The position numbers were made by a program, and so were the translations under genes. Source: Pseudomonadota bacterium (lineage in GTDB: Bacteria > Pseudomonadota > Alphaproteobacteria > CADEGL01). From it: a stretch of 39,409 nt of DNA. Location: contig JAQCGR010000001.1 of NCBI GenBank assembly GCA_027619995.1, positions 1 to 39,409 of the forward strand. The letters run 5' to 3'. The notes below the pieces were generated by a model. The model was given only the letters and a program-made list of their open reading frames with translations. It was not told where the DNA came from and ran no database searches. Below are positions 17,893-26,739 of this stretch, one piece after another (within the stretch, counting starts at the first letter, position 1; each line of letters opens with the position of its first letter).

Positions 17893-18447
17893 ATGGCTAC
17901 GCAGGATCACGACTCGGAAAAATTCCGTCGCCGGGTGCCCGACGGGGACAACCAGGAGCGTCTGGTCTGCCGCGACTGCGGCCATATCCAATACGATAAT
18001 CCGAAGGTGGTGGTCGGCTCGGTCTGCACCTGGGAAGGGCGCATCCTGCTCTGTCTGCGCGATATCGAGCCGCGCAGCGGCTTCTGGACCCTGCCCGCCG
18101 GCTATCTCGAACTGAACGAATCGCCGATGGCCGGCGCGGCGCGCGAGGCGCATGAGGAGGCGCGGGCGAAGATCGCGATCGATCAGCTTCTCGCGGTCTA
18201 CGACATCCCCCGGCTCAGCCAGGTCCAGCTCATCTACCGCGCCCGCCTGCTGTCGCCGGATGTGATCGCGGCGGAGGAAACGCGCGAGGTGCGGCTGTTC
18301 GACTGGGACGACATACCCTGGGACGATATAGCCTTCCCGACCGTGCGCTGGGCGCTCCACGCCCATCGCGAGACGCGAGACCTGCCGCGTTTCCCGCCCT
18401 TCGCAAACCCGGCGGGCGAAACCGCCGACCGGCTGGAGCGGGGCTAG
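17893..18447 (+). CDS. NUDIX hydrolase with an N-terminal zinc-ribbon-like segment, 184 aa
   Basis: The Nudix box is GYLELNESPMAGAAREAHEEARA. A CRDCGH segment lies upstream of it. Confidence 0.88.
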   Translation: MATQDHDSEKFRRRVPDGDNQERLVCRDCGHIQYDNPKVVVGSVCTWEGRILLCLRDIEPRSGFWTLPAGYLELNESPMAGAAREAHEEARAKIAIDQLLAVYDIPRLSQVQLIYRARLLSPDVIAAEETREVRLFDWDDIPWDDIAFPTVRWALHAHRETRDLPRFPPFANPAGETADRLERG

Positions 18448-19004
18448 GCTTCTCCCGCCTCTTCGGGCTCTTCGATCGTATGGCGCCGGATCAGGGGCAG
18501 CTGGATCATCGCGAAGAGCAGGGTGATCGGCAGGAAGCCGAAGACCTTGAGATCGACCCAGGTATCGGTCGACATGGAACGCCAGACGATCTCGTTCAGG
18601 ATCGCCATGGCGATGAAGAACACGCCCCAGCGCAGGGTCAGGATGCGCCAGCCCTCGTCGCGCAGCTTGAAGGCCATCTCGAACAGGGGCTTCAACAGAA
18701 GCCGCCCAATGGCCAGGCCGCCCAGCAGCACGATGGCGAAGCCGGAATAGACGATGGTCGGCTTGAGCTTGATGAAGGTTTCGTCGGCCAGCCACAGGGT
18801 CAGCCCGCCGAAGACCATCACGATCACGCCCGTCACCAGGGGCATTTTCGGAATGCGCCGCTCGATCGCGTAGTTCACCGCCAGGGCCACGACCGTCGCG
18901 ACCATGAAGGCGCCTGTGGCGACCATCAGGTCGCCCTGGTTATAGGCGATGAAGAAAACGGCGAGCGGGCCGATATCGATCAGGAAGCGGGTGAACTGGT
19001 TCAT
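18444..19004 (-). CDS. yciB: Intracellular septation protein A (YciB/IspZ), 186 aa
   Basis: MNQFTRFLIDIGPLAVFFIAY... is a five-TM YciB-like sequence. I chose ATG 19004 rather than the 16-codon extension in the track. Confidence 0.88.
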   Translation of the reverse strand: MNQFTRFLIDIGPLAVFFIAYNQGDLMVATGAFMVATVVALAVNYAIERRIPKMPLVTGVIVMVFGGLTLWLADETFIKLKPTIVYSGFAIVLLGGLAIGRLLLKPLFEMAFKLRDEGWRILTLRWGVFFIAMAILNEIVWRSMSTDTWVDLKVFGFLPITLLFAMIQLPLIRRHTIEEPEEAGEA

Positions 19005-19120
19005 CGGTGCTGAACTAGGGCAGGACGGCGCCCCGGTCAAATGCCCAGTCAAATGGCGCCTTAAACTTCTCGCCGTCCGGGCCTATGTTGCGGATGGAAC
19101 CTTGAGCCGAGGAGCCCGCC

Positions 19121-20626
19121 ATGCGCATGCCCGAACCCCTTGCCCTGAAGAACGGACTGGCTCCGCTCGTCGCCTTCGTCGAGGACACGCCGCCCGAGGC
19201 CATTGTCGAGGCCACGATCCAGCGGCTGCGCGAGGGCACCGCGCCGCGCGACCTGCTCGCGGCCGCGGCGGTGGCGATCAGCCGGGGCACGGAAATTCCC
19301 TTCGATCATCACGGCGGCCCCCTGCATATGGTCACCGGACTCCGCGCGGTGGAGGGCGCGATCGGCCGCCTGACGGGCGACTGGGCCTATCTGCCCGTCG
19401 TCCATAGCGTCCATCTGGCCAACCAGCAGGTCCATTCCCCCGCCATGGGACCCCATGTCATGGCGGAACTGGGCGATGGCGGTCTGGCGGGCGATGCCGC
19501 CGCGACGGCCCTGGCCGATGCAATCCGCGATCAGCTTCCGGTCGTGGCGGAACGCCATCTGCGCGCGGTGCTGCGCGATTGCGGCCCCGTCGCCACCTTG
19601 GCCACGATCCTGGATGCCTCCCTCTGGCGCCACGCCCTGGACGATCATTTCCTGCTCTATCCAGTGTTCGCGTCCCAGACCCTGGATCTGATCGGCTGGG
19701 ACAAGGCCGAATTCGTGCTGCGCCCGGTGGTCCGCTGGCTCGCCTCGCCGCCGCTCTCCGTGACCCAGGGCGACGGGGCGGCGGATTTCTTCCGCGCCGG
19801 CCTCGACGTCTATGGCCGCTTCGGCGAGCTGGAGGCGTTGATCGCCCAGCACGGCTTGCTCGACAATCCGCCGCCGGTGAATACCGGCTCGTCCGAGGAC
19901 AACGCGGTCGCCGATCTGGGCGCGCGCATCGGCGCCGTGACGGATTTCGACACGCTGCCGCCGATGATGGCCGAGGCGCTGGCCGGCGGCCTGTCCATGG
20001 AAGGGGTGGTCGAGGCGCTCGCGACCGGGGCGGCAACGATCCATATGCGCAGCGACTACGGCAACCCACTCGACGTCCATATGCACAACGGGATTTCGGT
20101 GCGGCGCCACCTGATCGGGCTCGACGACATGCCGTTGCGTCTCAAGCTGGTCGCCTTGCTGTCCTGGGCCTTCGGGCCGGAAATCCGCCTGAGCGAGGAC
20201 AAGGTCAAGCACGAGCCGACATTCGATACGACGGGCCTGCCCGAGGATGCCGACGCCCTGCTGGCGGCACTGGACGCAGCCATTGCCGCCAAGCCGCCGG
20301 TCGGCGACGAGGTCTTCTCGGGTGGCGGCCGTGCCGGGATGAAGGCTGACGAGGGCACACGTCATGTCATGGCCCTGGCCCGGAAATACGCCGATAGCGG
20401 CCACGATCCCGACCGCCTGCTGCGCCGGCTGACCGAGATGGTGTGCCGGGACAGCTTCACCGAGATGCATGCCTTCGAGCATGTCGACGATGCGGCGCGG
20501 GAATTCGCGCATGCACGCAAGCCCCACGGCGCGGGCCATCTGGTCTCGGCCGCCAAGATCGCCTATTGCGGCTACGGCATCGACCAGACCGTCTTCGAAG
20601 CAGCCCGCCCGCATCTGTCTCTGTAG
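19121..20626 (+). CDS. Hypothetical protein, 501 aa, no recognised domain, several His-rich motifs
   Basis: GAGGAG lies 6 nt upstream of ATG 19121. Third-position GC is uniformly high and no competing ORF is plausible. Motifs: FDHHGGPLH, HSVHLANQQVH, HMRSDYGNPLDVHMHNG, EMHAFEH. Confidence 0.75.
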   Translation: MRMPEPLALKNGLAPLVAFVEDTPPEAIVEATIQRLREGTAPRDLLAAAAVAISRGTEIPFDHHGGPLHMVTGLRAVEGAIGRLTGDWAYLPVVHSVHLANQQVHSPAMGPHVMAELGDGGLAGDAAATALADAIRDQLPVVAERHLRAVLRDCGPVATLATILDASLWRHALDDHFLLYPVFASQTLDLIGWDKAEFVLRPVVRWLASPPLSVTQGDGAADFFRAGLDVYGRFGELEALIAQHGLLDNPPPVNTGSSEDNAVADLGARIGAVTDFDTLPPMMAEALAGGLSMEGVVEALATGAATIHMRSDYGNPLDVHMHNGISVRRHLIGLDDMPLRLKLVALLSWAFGPEIRLSEDKVKHEPTFDTTGLPEDADALLAALDAAIAAKPPVGDEVFSGGGRAGMKADEGTRHVMALARKYADSGHDPDRLLRRLTEMVCRDSFTEMHAFEHVDDAAREFAHARKPHGAGHLVSAAKIAYCGYGIDQTVFEAARPHLSL

Positions 20627-20659
20627 CAGGCTGTCCTATACGGGAATTGTGCCAATCAT

Positions 20660-20753
20660 CCTTCGAGACGCTCGCTTGCGCGAGCTCCTCAGGATGAGGA
20701 GAATCAATATCTTAACCTCACCCTGAGGAGGTCCGTAGGGCCGTCTCGAAGGG
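20660..20753. repeat. Imperfect palindromic intergenic element (CCTTCGAGACG...CTCCTCAGGrTGAGG / CCTCACCCTGAGGAG...CGTCTCGAAGG)
   Basis: The arms are 20660-20699 and 20716-20753. It belongs to the same family as 37745-37869. It lies between the convergent 501-aa gene and the aminotransferase gene. Confidence 0.85.
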
Positions 20754-20801
20754 TCTACCCGGCTTTTTCAAACGGCCTGCCAGGCGAAGCGGATCGTGCC
20801 T

Positions 20802-22127
20802 TCAGCCCAAGGCCTTGCAGGCGCCGTCCAGGGCTTCGGCGGTCAAGGCGAAATCTTCTTCGGTATTGACCGCGGCGGTGAAGCGCCTGGTGCCGGGCAG
20901 GATCGAGATGCCGCGGCGGATCAGTTCCAGATCCAGCTTGCGCATGCGCGCCGAATCACCGGCCAGGATGTCGATTTGGTTGCGCGGTTCGCGCGGCGTG
21001 AAGAGGATCTGCCAGAAGGAGTCGCGCCCGGCGCAGATCGCCGGCACGCCGCGCCGGTCCAGCACTTCCTGCAGCAGGGATGTGAGGCGCTCGGATTTCG
21101 CGAACAGGGCGTCGTAGAAACCCTCCTCCTCCAGCACCGCGATGGTGGCCAGACCGGCGACCGAGGCCAGCGGGTTGCCGTGCAGGGTGCCGTTGATGAA
21201 GGCATAGCCCGGCTCGCCCTTGCGCCTTGGGTCGCAATGGTCGAGCAGTTCGGCCTTGCCCGCGACGCAGCCCAGCGGCCCGCCGCCGCCGACGATCTTG
21301 CCGAAACTGGCGAGGTCCGGGGTCACGCCGAAACGACCCTGGCCGCCGCCCAGACCCAGGCGGAAGCCGGTCACCACCTCGTCGAAGATCAGCACGATGC
21401 CGTAGCGGTCGCAGATCTCGCGCAGCCCGGCCAGGAAGCCGGGCTCGGGGAAGATGATGCGCTGCACCGGCTCGACGATGATCGCGGCCAGCTCGTCCTT
21501 GGCCTCGGCGACGATGCGCTCGACCGCGTCCAGATCGTTATAGGGGGCGACCAGCACGGTGCCCTTCACCGCCTCTGGCATACCGGCCGTGTCGACGCTG
21601 CCCACCGGATAGTTGGCGGCCGCCTTGGGGAACAGGCTGATCGCGGCATAGTCATGGGTGCCGTGATAGGCGCCCTCGAATTTCAGCACCTTCTCGCGCC
21701 CGGTGGCCGCGCGCGCGATGCGCATGGCGAAGAAGGTCGCCTCGGAGCCCGTGGTGGTGAAGACGATCTTCTCGGCGCAGGGGATGTGCGCGACCAGCTT
21801 CTCGGAAAGTTCGAGCGCCGCGTCGTTGAGGATGGCGAAGAAATGCAGGCCCTCGGCCGCGCGTTCGGTGATCGCCTGGACCACGGCTGGATGGGAATGG
21901 CCCAGGATATTGGCCCCCGCGCCGCCGATATAGTCGATATACCAGCGCCCGTCCGCCGCCTGGATGCGGCTGCCCTCTCCGCGCCGGATGATGTAGCGCA
22001 ACTCGTCGGGCAGGGCATAGCCGCCCAACCCGCCGCCCGGCAGGTTCTTCTCGGCGATGGCGAAATACTCGTCCTGGCTGCGGGATGCCGCCGCAGCGGC
22101 GTCCGGATCGATCTTGGCGATGGTCAT
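20802..22127 (-). CDS. Class-III (GSA-aminomutase-like) PLP-dependent aminotransferase, 441 aa
   Basis: Contains GHSHPAVVQAI, TTGSEATFFAMRIARA, FDEVVTGFRLG and the PLP-Lys region SFGKIVGGG. ATG 22127 (MTIAKIDPD) has AAAGGA upstream. The 821-aa ORF in the track is an artefactual extension. Confidence 0.92.
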   Translation of the reverse strand: MTIAKIDPDAAAAASRSQDEYFAIAEKNLPGGGLGGYALPDELRYIIRRGEGSRIQAADGRWYIDYIGGAGANILGHSHPAVVQAITERAAEGLHFFAILNDAALELSEKLVAHIPCAEKIVFTTTGSEATFFAMRIARAATGREKVLKFEGAYHGTHDYAAISLFPKAAANYPVGSVDTAGMPEAVKGTVLVAPYNDLDAVERIVAEAKDELAAIIVEPVQRIIFPEPGFLAGLREICDRYGIVLIFDEVVTGFRLGLGGGQGRFGVTPDLASFGKIVGGGGPLGCVAGKAELLDHCDPRRKGEPGYAFINGTLHGNPLASVAGLATIAVLEEEGFYDALFAKSERLTSLLQEVLDRRGVPAICAGRDSFWQILFTPREPRNQIDILAGDSARMRKLDLELIRRGISILPGTRRFTAAVNTEEDFALTAEALDGACKALG

Positions 22128-22165
22128 GGCGGCGGTCCTTTCGACGGTCGGCTGCGGGTCGGCGG

Positions 22166-24589
22166 TCAGCTGCGCGGTTTCGCGCTGTCGGAGTCGTAGG
22201 CCGGCTCGCCCAGCACGATGGCGGGCCGGCGGGTGTCCAGAATCTGGACCTCCAGCCTGGTGCCCGGCGCGGCGCATTCGGGCTTGAGATAGGCGAAGGC
22301 CAGACTCTTCCCGACAATATGGCCAAAGGCGCCGGAACTTACCGACCCGACGACCGCGCCATCGGCGAAAACCGCGTCGCCGCCGATGCAGTCGGCATCC
22401 CCCGCTTCGATGGCGAGATAGGCGCAGAGCCAGCGTGGGGGCGCATCCAGGCTTCGCTGGGTCGCCTCGCGGCCGATGAATTCGCCCTTGTCCATCTTGA
22501 CGAAGCGCATGACATCGGCCTCGGGCAGGGTGACTTCGTTGGTCAGCTCCAATGCGCCCCTGAAGCCTTTTTCCAGGCGCATGCTGTTCAGCGCATGGGA
22601 GCCGAAATTGCCGATCCCATGGCCTTTGCCGGCCTGCCACAGGGCGTCGTAGACCCGCGCCATGCCCGCCATCGGGACATGCAGTTCCCAGCCCAGCTCG
22701 CCGACATACGAGACGCGCAGCGCGCGCAATTTCACCCCGGCGGCCTTGATCGCCTTGGCACGCAGCCAGGGAAAACTCTCGTTGTCGAGCGGCGCTGTGG
22801 TGATCGCGCCCAGGATGTCGCGCGACCGGGGCCCGGACAGGACCAGGCAGCCGAAATCCTCCGAGACATTGGCGATCACGACCCGTTCCCCGGCCCGCCG
22901 GTGCCGGACCAGATGATCGCGCACGCGCAATTCGTGGAAGGCGGCGAAAAGGAGATAGAAGCGGTCGTCGTCGAGGCGCGCAATCGTCGTCTCCGCCTCG
23001 ATCGTGCCGCGCCGGTTCAGCATATGGGTCAGCACGATGCCGCCCGTCTTGCGCGGCGCGCGGTTGGCGACCATGCGATTGAGGAAGGCCTCGGCGTCCG
23101 GTCCCGCCACGTCGATCTTGCCGAAGGCGGAGAGGTCGAGCAGCCCAGCGGCCCCGCGCACCGTCCGGCATTCCTCCGCCACCTGTCCGAACCAGGGGGC
23201 CCGGCGGAAGGAATGCACGTCGCGCTGCGCGATTCCATTCCCGGCATACCAGCGTGGCCGCTCCCAACCGAAGATTTCCTCATGGACGGCGCCGGCCTCG
23301 TTCAACCGGCCGTAAAGCGGGCTGGTCTTGACCGGGCGGCCGTCCGGGCGGTTGAGGCCGGGGAAGGGAATCTCGTGGCGCAGCAGGTAGTCCTCGCGCG
23401 CCTTGGCGATCTGGTATTCGCGGTCAGCGAAAGCGCCGAAGCGGCGCGGATCGAACTCCCGCATGTTCACATCCGCCGCGCCATGGACCATCCATTGGGC
23501 CAGGTATTTGCCCGCGCCCGGGCCCCAGCCCAGGCCGATCTGGCAGCCGCAGCAGGCCCAGGCATTGGCCAGGCCGGGCAGGGGGCCGAGCAGCATATTG
23601 CCGTCCGGTGGATGGGTGATGGCGCCGTGCACCGCGCGCTTCAGCCCGAGTTCGGCCAGCACGGGCATGCGTTCGAGCGCGTTCTCAAGCCAGGGCGCGA
23701 TGCGGTCGAAATCGGGTTCGAACAACTCGTTCTCGGAGTCCCAGGGCGTGCCGTCATCCCAGACCGTGTTGGGATTGGCCTTCTCGTAGATGCCGATCAG
23801 GCCGGATTTCTGCTCCATCCGGATATAGCCGGAGACCTGACGGTCGTCGCGCACCACGGGCAGTTCCGTCTTCAGATCCAGGAATTCCGGCACCGTGTCG
23901 GTGACGACGTAATGATGGGTCATGTTCACGATGGGCAGGTCGAGACCCAGCCACGCGCCGATCTGCCGGGCATAGGTTCCGCCGGCATTGACCACATGCT
24001 CGCAGCGGATATCGCCGGCCTCGGTGCGCACCAGCCATTCGCCGCCGGGCTGCGGCTCGATCCCCGTCGCCCGGCGCTGGCGATGGACCTTGGCGCCCAG
24101 CATCCGCGCGCCCTTGGCCAGGGCGAAGGCCGTGCCAGCCGGATCGACATGGCCGTCCTCCGGCGTGTGCAGCGCGGCCTGGATGCCGTCGAGATTGTAG
24201 AAGGGGTGCAGCTCGCGGATGCGCGCCGGCCCGACGATCTCCATCGGATGGCCCAGCACCCGGCCGACGCTGGTCGTGTGGCGCAGCCAGTCCATCTCGT
24301 CGCCAGTATAGGCCACGCGCAGGCTGCCGCAGCCATGCCAGGTGACCGACTGCTCGGTCTCCGCTTCCAGCCGCCGGTACAGCTCGATGCCGTAGCCCGC
24401 CATCTTGCCGAGCACGAAGCTGGAGGTCGAATGGGTCACCTGCCCGGCGGCATGCCAGGTCGAGCCGCTGGTCAGTTCGCCCTTCTCCAGCAGCACGCAA
24501 TCCGTCCATCCCTCATGGGCAAGGTGGTAGAGGAGGCTGGTGCCCATGATGCCGCCGCCGATGACGACGACGCGCGCCTGTTCGGTCAT
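22166..24589 (-). CDS. Dimethylglycine/sarcosine dehydrogenase-family flavoprotein (FAD oxidoreductase + GcvT domain), 807 aa
   Basis: Contains VVVIGGGIMGTSLLYHL and GSTWHAAGQ. The C-terminal GcvT fold shows LLDLSAFGKIDV and MRLEKGF. Confidence 0.92.
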   Translation of the reverse strand: MTEQARVVVIGGGIMGTSLLYHLAHEGWTDCVLLEKGELTSGSTWHAAGQVTHSTSSFVLGKMAGYGIELYRRLEAETEQSVTWHGCGSLRVAYTGDEMDWLRHTTSVGRVLGHPMEIVGPARIRELHPFYNLDGIQAALHTPEDGHVDPAGTAFALAKGARMLGAKVHRQRRATGIEPQPGGEWLVRTEAGDIRCEHVVNAGGTYARQIGAWLGLDLPIVNMTHHYVVTDTVPEFLDLKTELPVVRDDRQVSGYIRMEQKSGLIGIYEKANPNTVWDDGTPWDSENELFEPDFDRIAPWLENALERMPVLAELGLKRAVHGAITHPPDGNMLLGPLPGLANAWACCGCQIGLGWGPGAGKYLAQWMVHGAADVNMREFDPRRFGAFADREYQIAKAREDYLLRHEIPFPGLNRPDGRPVKTSPLYGRLNEAGAVHEEIFGWERPRWYAGNGIAQRDVHSFRRAPWFGQVAEECRTVRGAAGLLDLSAFGKIDVAGPDAEAFLNRMVANRAPRKTGGIVLTHMLNRRGTIEAETTIARLDDDRFYLLFAAFHELRVRDHLVRHRRAGERVVIANVSEDFGCLVLSGPRSRDILGAITTAPLDNESFPWLRAKAIKAAGVKLRALRVSYVGELGWELHVPMAGMARVYDALWQAGKGHGIGNFGSHALNSMRLEKGFRGALELTNEVTLPEADVMRFVKMDKGEFIGREATQRSLDAPPRWLCAYLAIEAGDADCIGGDAVFADGAVVGSVSSGAFGHIVGKSLAFAYLKPECAAPGTRLEVQILDTRRPAIVLGEPAYDSDSAKPRS

Positions 24590-24658
24590 GAAATTTGGAC
24601 CCCGGGAAGCGAAAATTTGTGATGCGAGTGTGACGGTAAGATTGTACCATCGTCAACG

Positions 24659-25564
24659 ATGAATAGTATGAATGTATCAGAATCTGTCGTCGTACCCGAT
24701 CCGGTCCTGACCCGGCTGGCCGATGCCATGCCGGGGATGAGCCCGCAGCTTCGCAAGGCGGCGCAATACGTTCTCGACAACCCCAACGATGTCGGCGTCA
24801 GTTCGATTCGCGAGATTGCCGATGTCGCTGCGGTCTCGCCCAACACCCTCGTGCGCATGGCCCGCGCGGTCGGCTTCGAAGGTTACGAGGAATTCCGTCA
24901 TCCCTTCCGCGAGGCGCTGCGCGCCGGGCGCGAGAGCTTTCCCGACCGCGCGCGCTGGCTGCAATCCATCGCCCGGGGCGGGCGGCACGGCCCGCTCTAT
25001 CGCGATATGGCGGCCAGCAGTTTCGACAATGTCGAAAGGCTCTTCGCCGGCACCTCGGCGGAGGAGATCAAGCGCGCCGCGGACTGCATCGTCGCGGCCC
25101 GCAAGACTTACGTGCTGGGCGTCGGCATCGGCCATGCCCTGGCGCAGAGTTTCGCCTATCTCGCCCGCATGGCGATCGAGGACGCCGTCGCCATCCCGCG
25201 CGAAGGCGGCGTGCCGATCGACGACGTGGCGCGCGCCGGACCTGGCGACGTGCTGCTCGCCCTGACCTTCAAACCCTACCGCACCGAGGTGGTCGAGGCG
25301 GTCCATGCCGCGCGCGACCAGGGCGTGACGGTGGTGGCGATCAGCGACGCGCGGTCGTCGCCGATCCTGCTGGCGGCGGATCACGGCTTCGTCGTGCCGA
25401 CCGAGACGCCGCAATTTTTTACTTCTACCGTGGCGGTGATGGCCTTGCTCGAGGCGATCATGGCCTTCGTGGTGGCCGATGCCGATCCGGCGGTGGTCGC
25501 CAATATCGAGCGGTTCCACCGGCGCCGGCAGGATTTCGGCGTCTACTGGACGGATGGGGAGTAG
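24659..25564 (+). CDS. MurR/RpiR-family transcriptional regulator (HTH + SIS domain), 301 aa
   Basis: The HTH_6-like segment is SSIREIADVAAVSPNTLVRMARAVGF. It is followed by a SIS sugar-phosphate-binding-type domain (TYVLGVGIGHALA). Confidence 0.9.
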   Translation: MNSMNVSESVVVPDPVLTRLADAMPGMSPQLRKAAQYVLDNPNDVGVSSIREIADVAAVSPNTLVRMARAVGFEGYEEFRHPFREALRAGRESFPDRARWLQSIARGGRHGPLYRDMAASSFDNVERLFAGTSAEEIKRAADCIVAARKTYVLGVGIGHALAQSFAYLARMAIEDAVAIPREGGVPIDDVARAGPGDVLLALTFKPYRTEVVEAVHAARDQGVTVVAISDARSSPILLAADHGFVVPTETPQFFTSTVAVMALLEAIMAFVVADADPAVVANIERFHRRRQDFGVYWTDGE

Positions 25565-25569
25565 AAGCG

Positions 25570-26682
25570 ATGGCGGAAGCGGCGGTTTTGACGCACGGCC
25601 GGGCGCGGGCCACGGCCTTGGCGGCGCGCTATTACACGGACCCGGAGATCTACGAGCGGGAGAAGCGGGCGATCCATTTCCGCACCTGGCAATATGCCTG
25701 CCATCAATCGGAAATCGCCCAGCCCGGCGACTATGTCGCCTTCGATATCTGCGGCCAGGGCCTTTTCGCCCTGCGCGACCGCGAGGGCGCCATCCGCGTC
25801 TTTCACAATGTCTGCATGCATCGCGGGCATGAACTGGTCGAGGGCAGCGGCAATGCCCGGGTTCTGCGCTGTCCGTATCATGCCTGGGCCTACGAGTTGG
25901 ACGGCCGCCTGCGCGCCGCGCCCCATGCCGAGAAGGTGCCGGGTTTCGATACTTCGACGATCTGTCTGACCGGGGCCAAGGTCGAGGTCCTGTGCGGCTT
26001 CGTCTTCGTGAACCTGGATTCCGAGGCGAAACCGATGGGGGACTGGTATCCCGAACTCGAACATCAGCTTCGCGCCTATGTGCCGGCGATCGATTCGCTG
26101 CGTCCGGTCCTGACCAACGCGGTGCCCGAAGCCTGCAACTGGAAGGTCTCGGTCGAGAATTACAACGAGTGCTATCACTGCCGCGTCACCCACCCGACCT
26201 TCTCGACCGGGGTGGTCGATCCCAACGCCTACGACATCCGGCCCCAGGGCCATTGCCTGCGCCACACCACGGTCGCCGCCAATCTGGAGCGCATGACCTA
26301 TCCGGTGGACCTCACCGCCAGCGATCATGCCGGGCAGTACAGTTCCTGGTTCCTCTGGCCCGGCTTCTCCTTCCAGGTCTATCCCGGCAGCCTGCTGAAC
26401 ACCTATCTGTGGCGGCCCGACGGGGTCGGACATGTCGATGTCTATCGCACCTGGTACACGGCCGAGGGTGCGCCCTCCGGCACGATCGAAAGACTCGCCC
26501 GCCAGGATCTGGACACGACCGTGGCCGAGGACGTGCGCATCGTGAACGCGGTCCAGCGCGGCTTGGGCAATATCGGCTACCGCCCCGGCCCGCTGGTCGT
26601 CGACCCTAATTTCGGGGTCAACAGCGAACACTCGATCCGCACCCTGATCGACTGGACCCTGGAGGCCCTGGGCGAAAGTTAG
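25570..26682 (+). CDS. Rieske [2Fe-2S] non-haem-iron oxygenase alpha subunit, GbcA/CntA/Stc2-like, 370 aa
   Basis: The Rieske motif is CMHRGH...CPYHAW. The catalytic-domain motif is ENYNECYHCRVTHP. The start lies 5 nt after the rpiR stop, with GGGGAG upstream. Confidence 0.9.
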   Translation: MAEAAVLTHGRARATALAARYYTDPEIYEREKRAIHFRTWQYACHQSEIAQPGDYVAFDICGQGLFALRDREGAIRVFHNVCMHRGHELVEGSGNARVLRCPYHAWAYELDGRLRAAPHAEKVPGFDTSTICLTGAKVEVLCGFVFVNLDSEAKPMGDWYPELEHQLRAYVPAIDSLRPVLTNAVPEACNWKVSVENYNECYHCRVTHPTFSTGVVDPNAYDIRPQGHCLRHTTVAANLERMTYPVDLTASDHAGQYSSWFLWPGFSFQVYPGSLLNTYLWRPDGVGHVDVYRTWYTAEGAPSGTIERLARQDLDTTVAEDVRIVNAVQRGLGNIGYRPGPLVVDPNFGVNSEHSIRTLIDWTLEALGES

Positions 26683-26739
26683 AGCGGTTGTCGAACTGCT
26701 GGCCGTCGCACCTCCTCACCGAAATGGTCAGCGACCACC

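Noticed and set aside
20802-23267. Long N-terminally extended versions of real genes in the ORF track (821 aa here; also 8518..10683, 27247..28527, 31029..32267, 36216..37718, 12012..13343 and 15687..16715).
   Set aside because: In each case the conserved protein begins at an internal ATG or GTG with a Shine-Dalgarno-like sequence. The extra N-terminal residues are low-complexity and overlap the neighbouring gene or an intergenic repeat.
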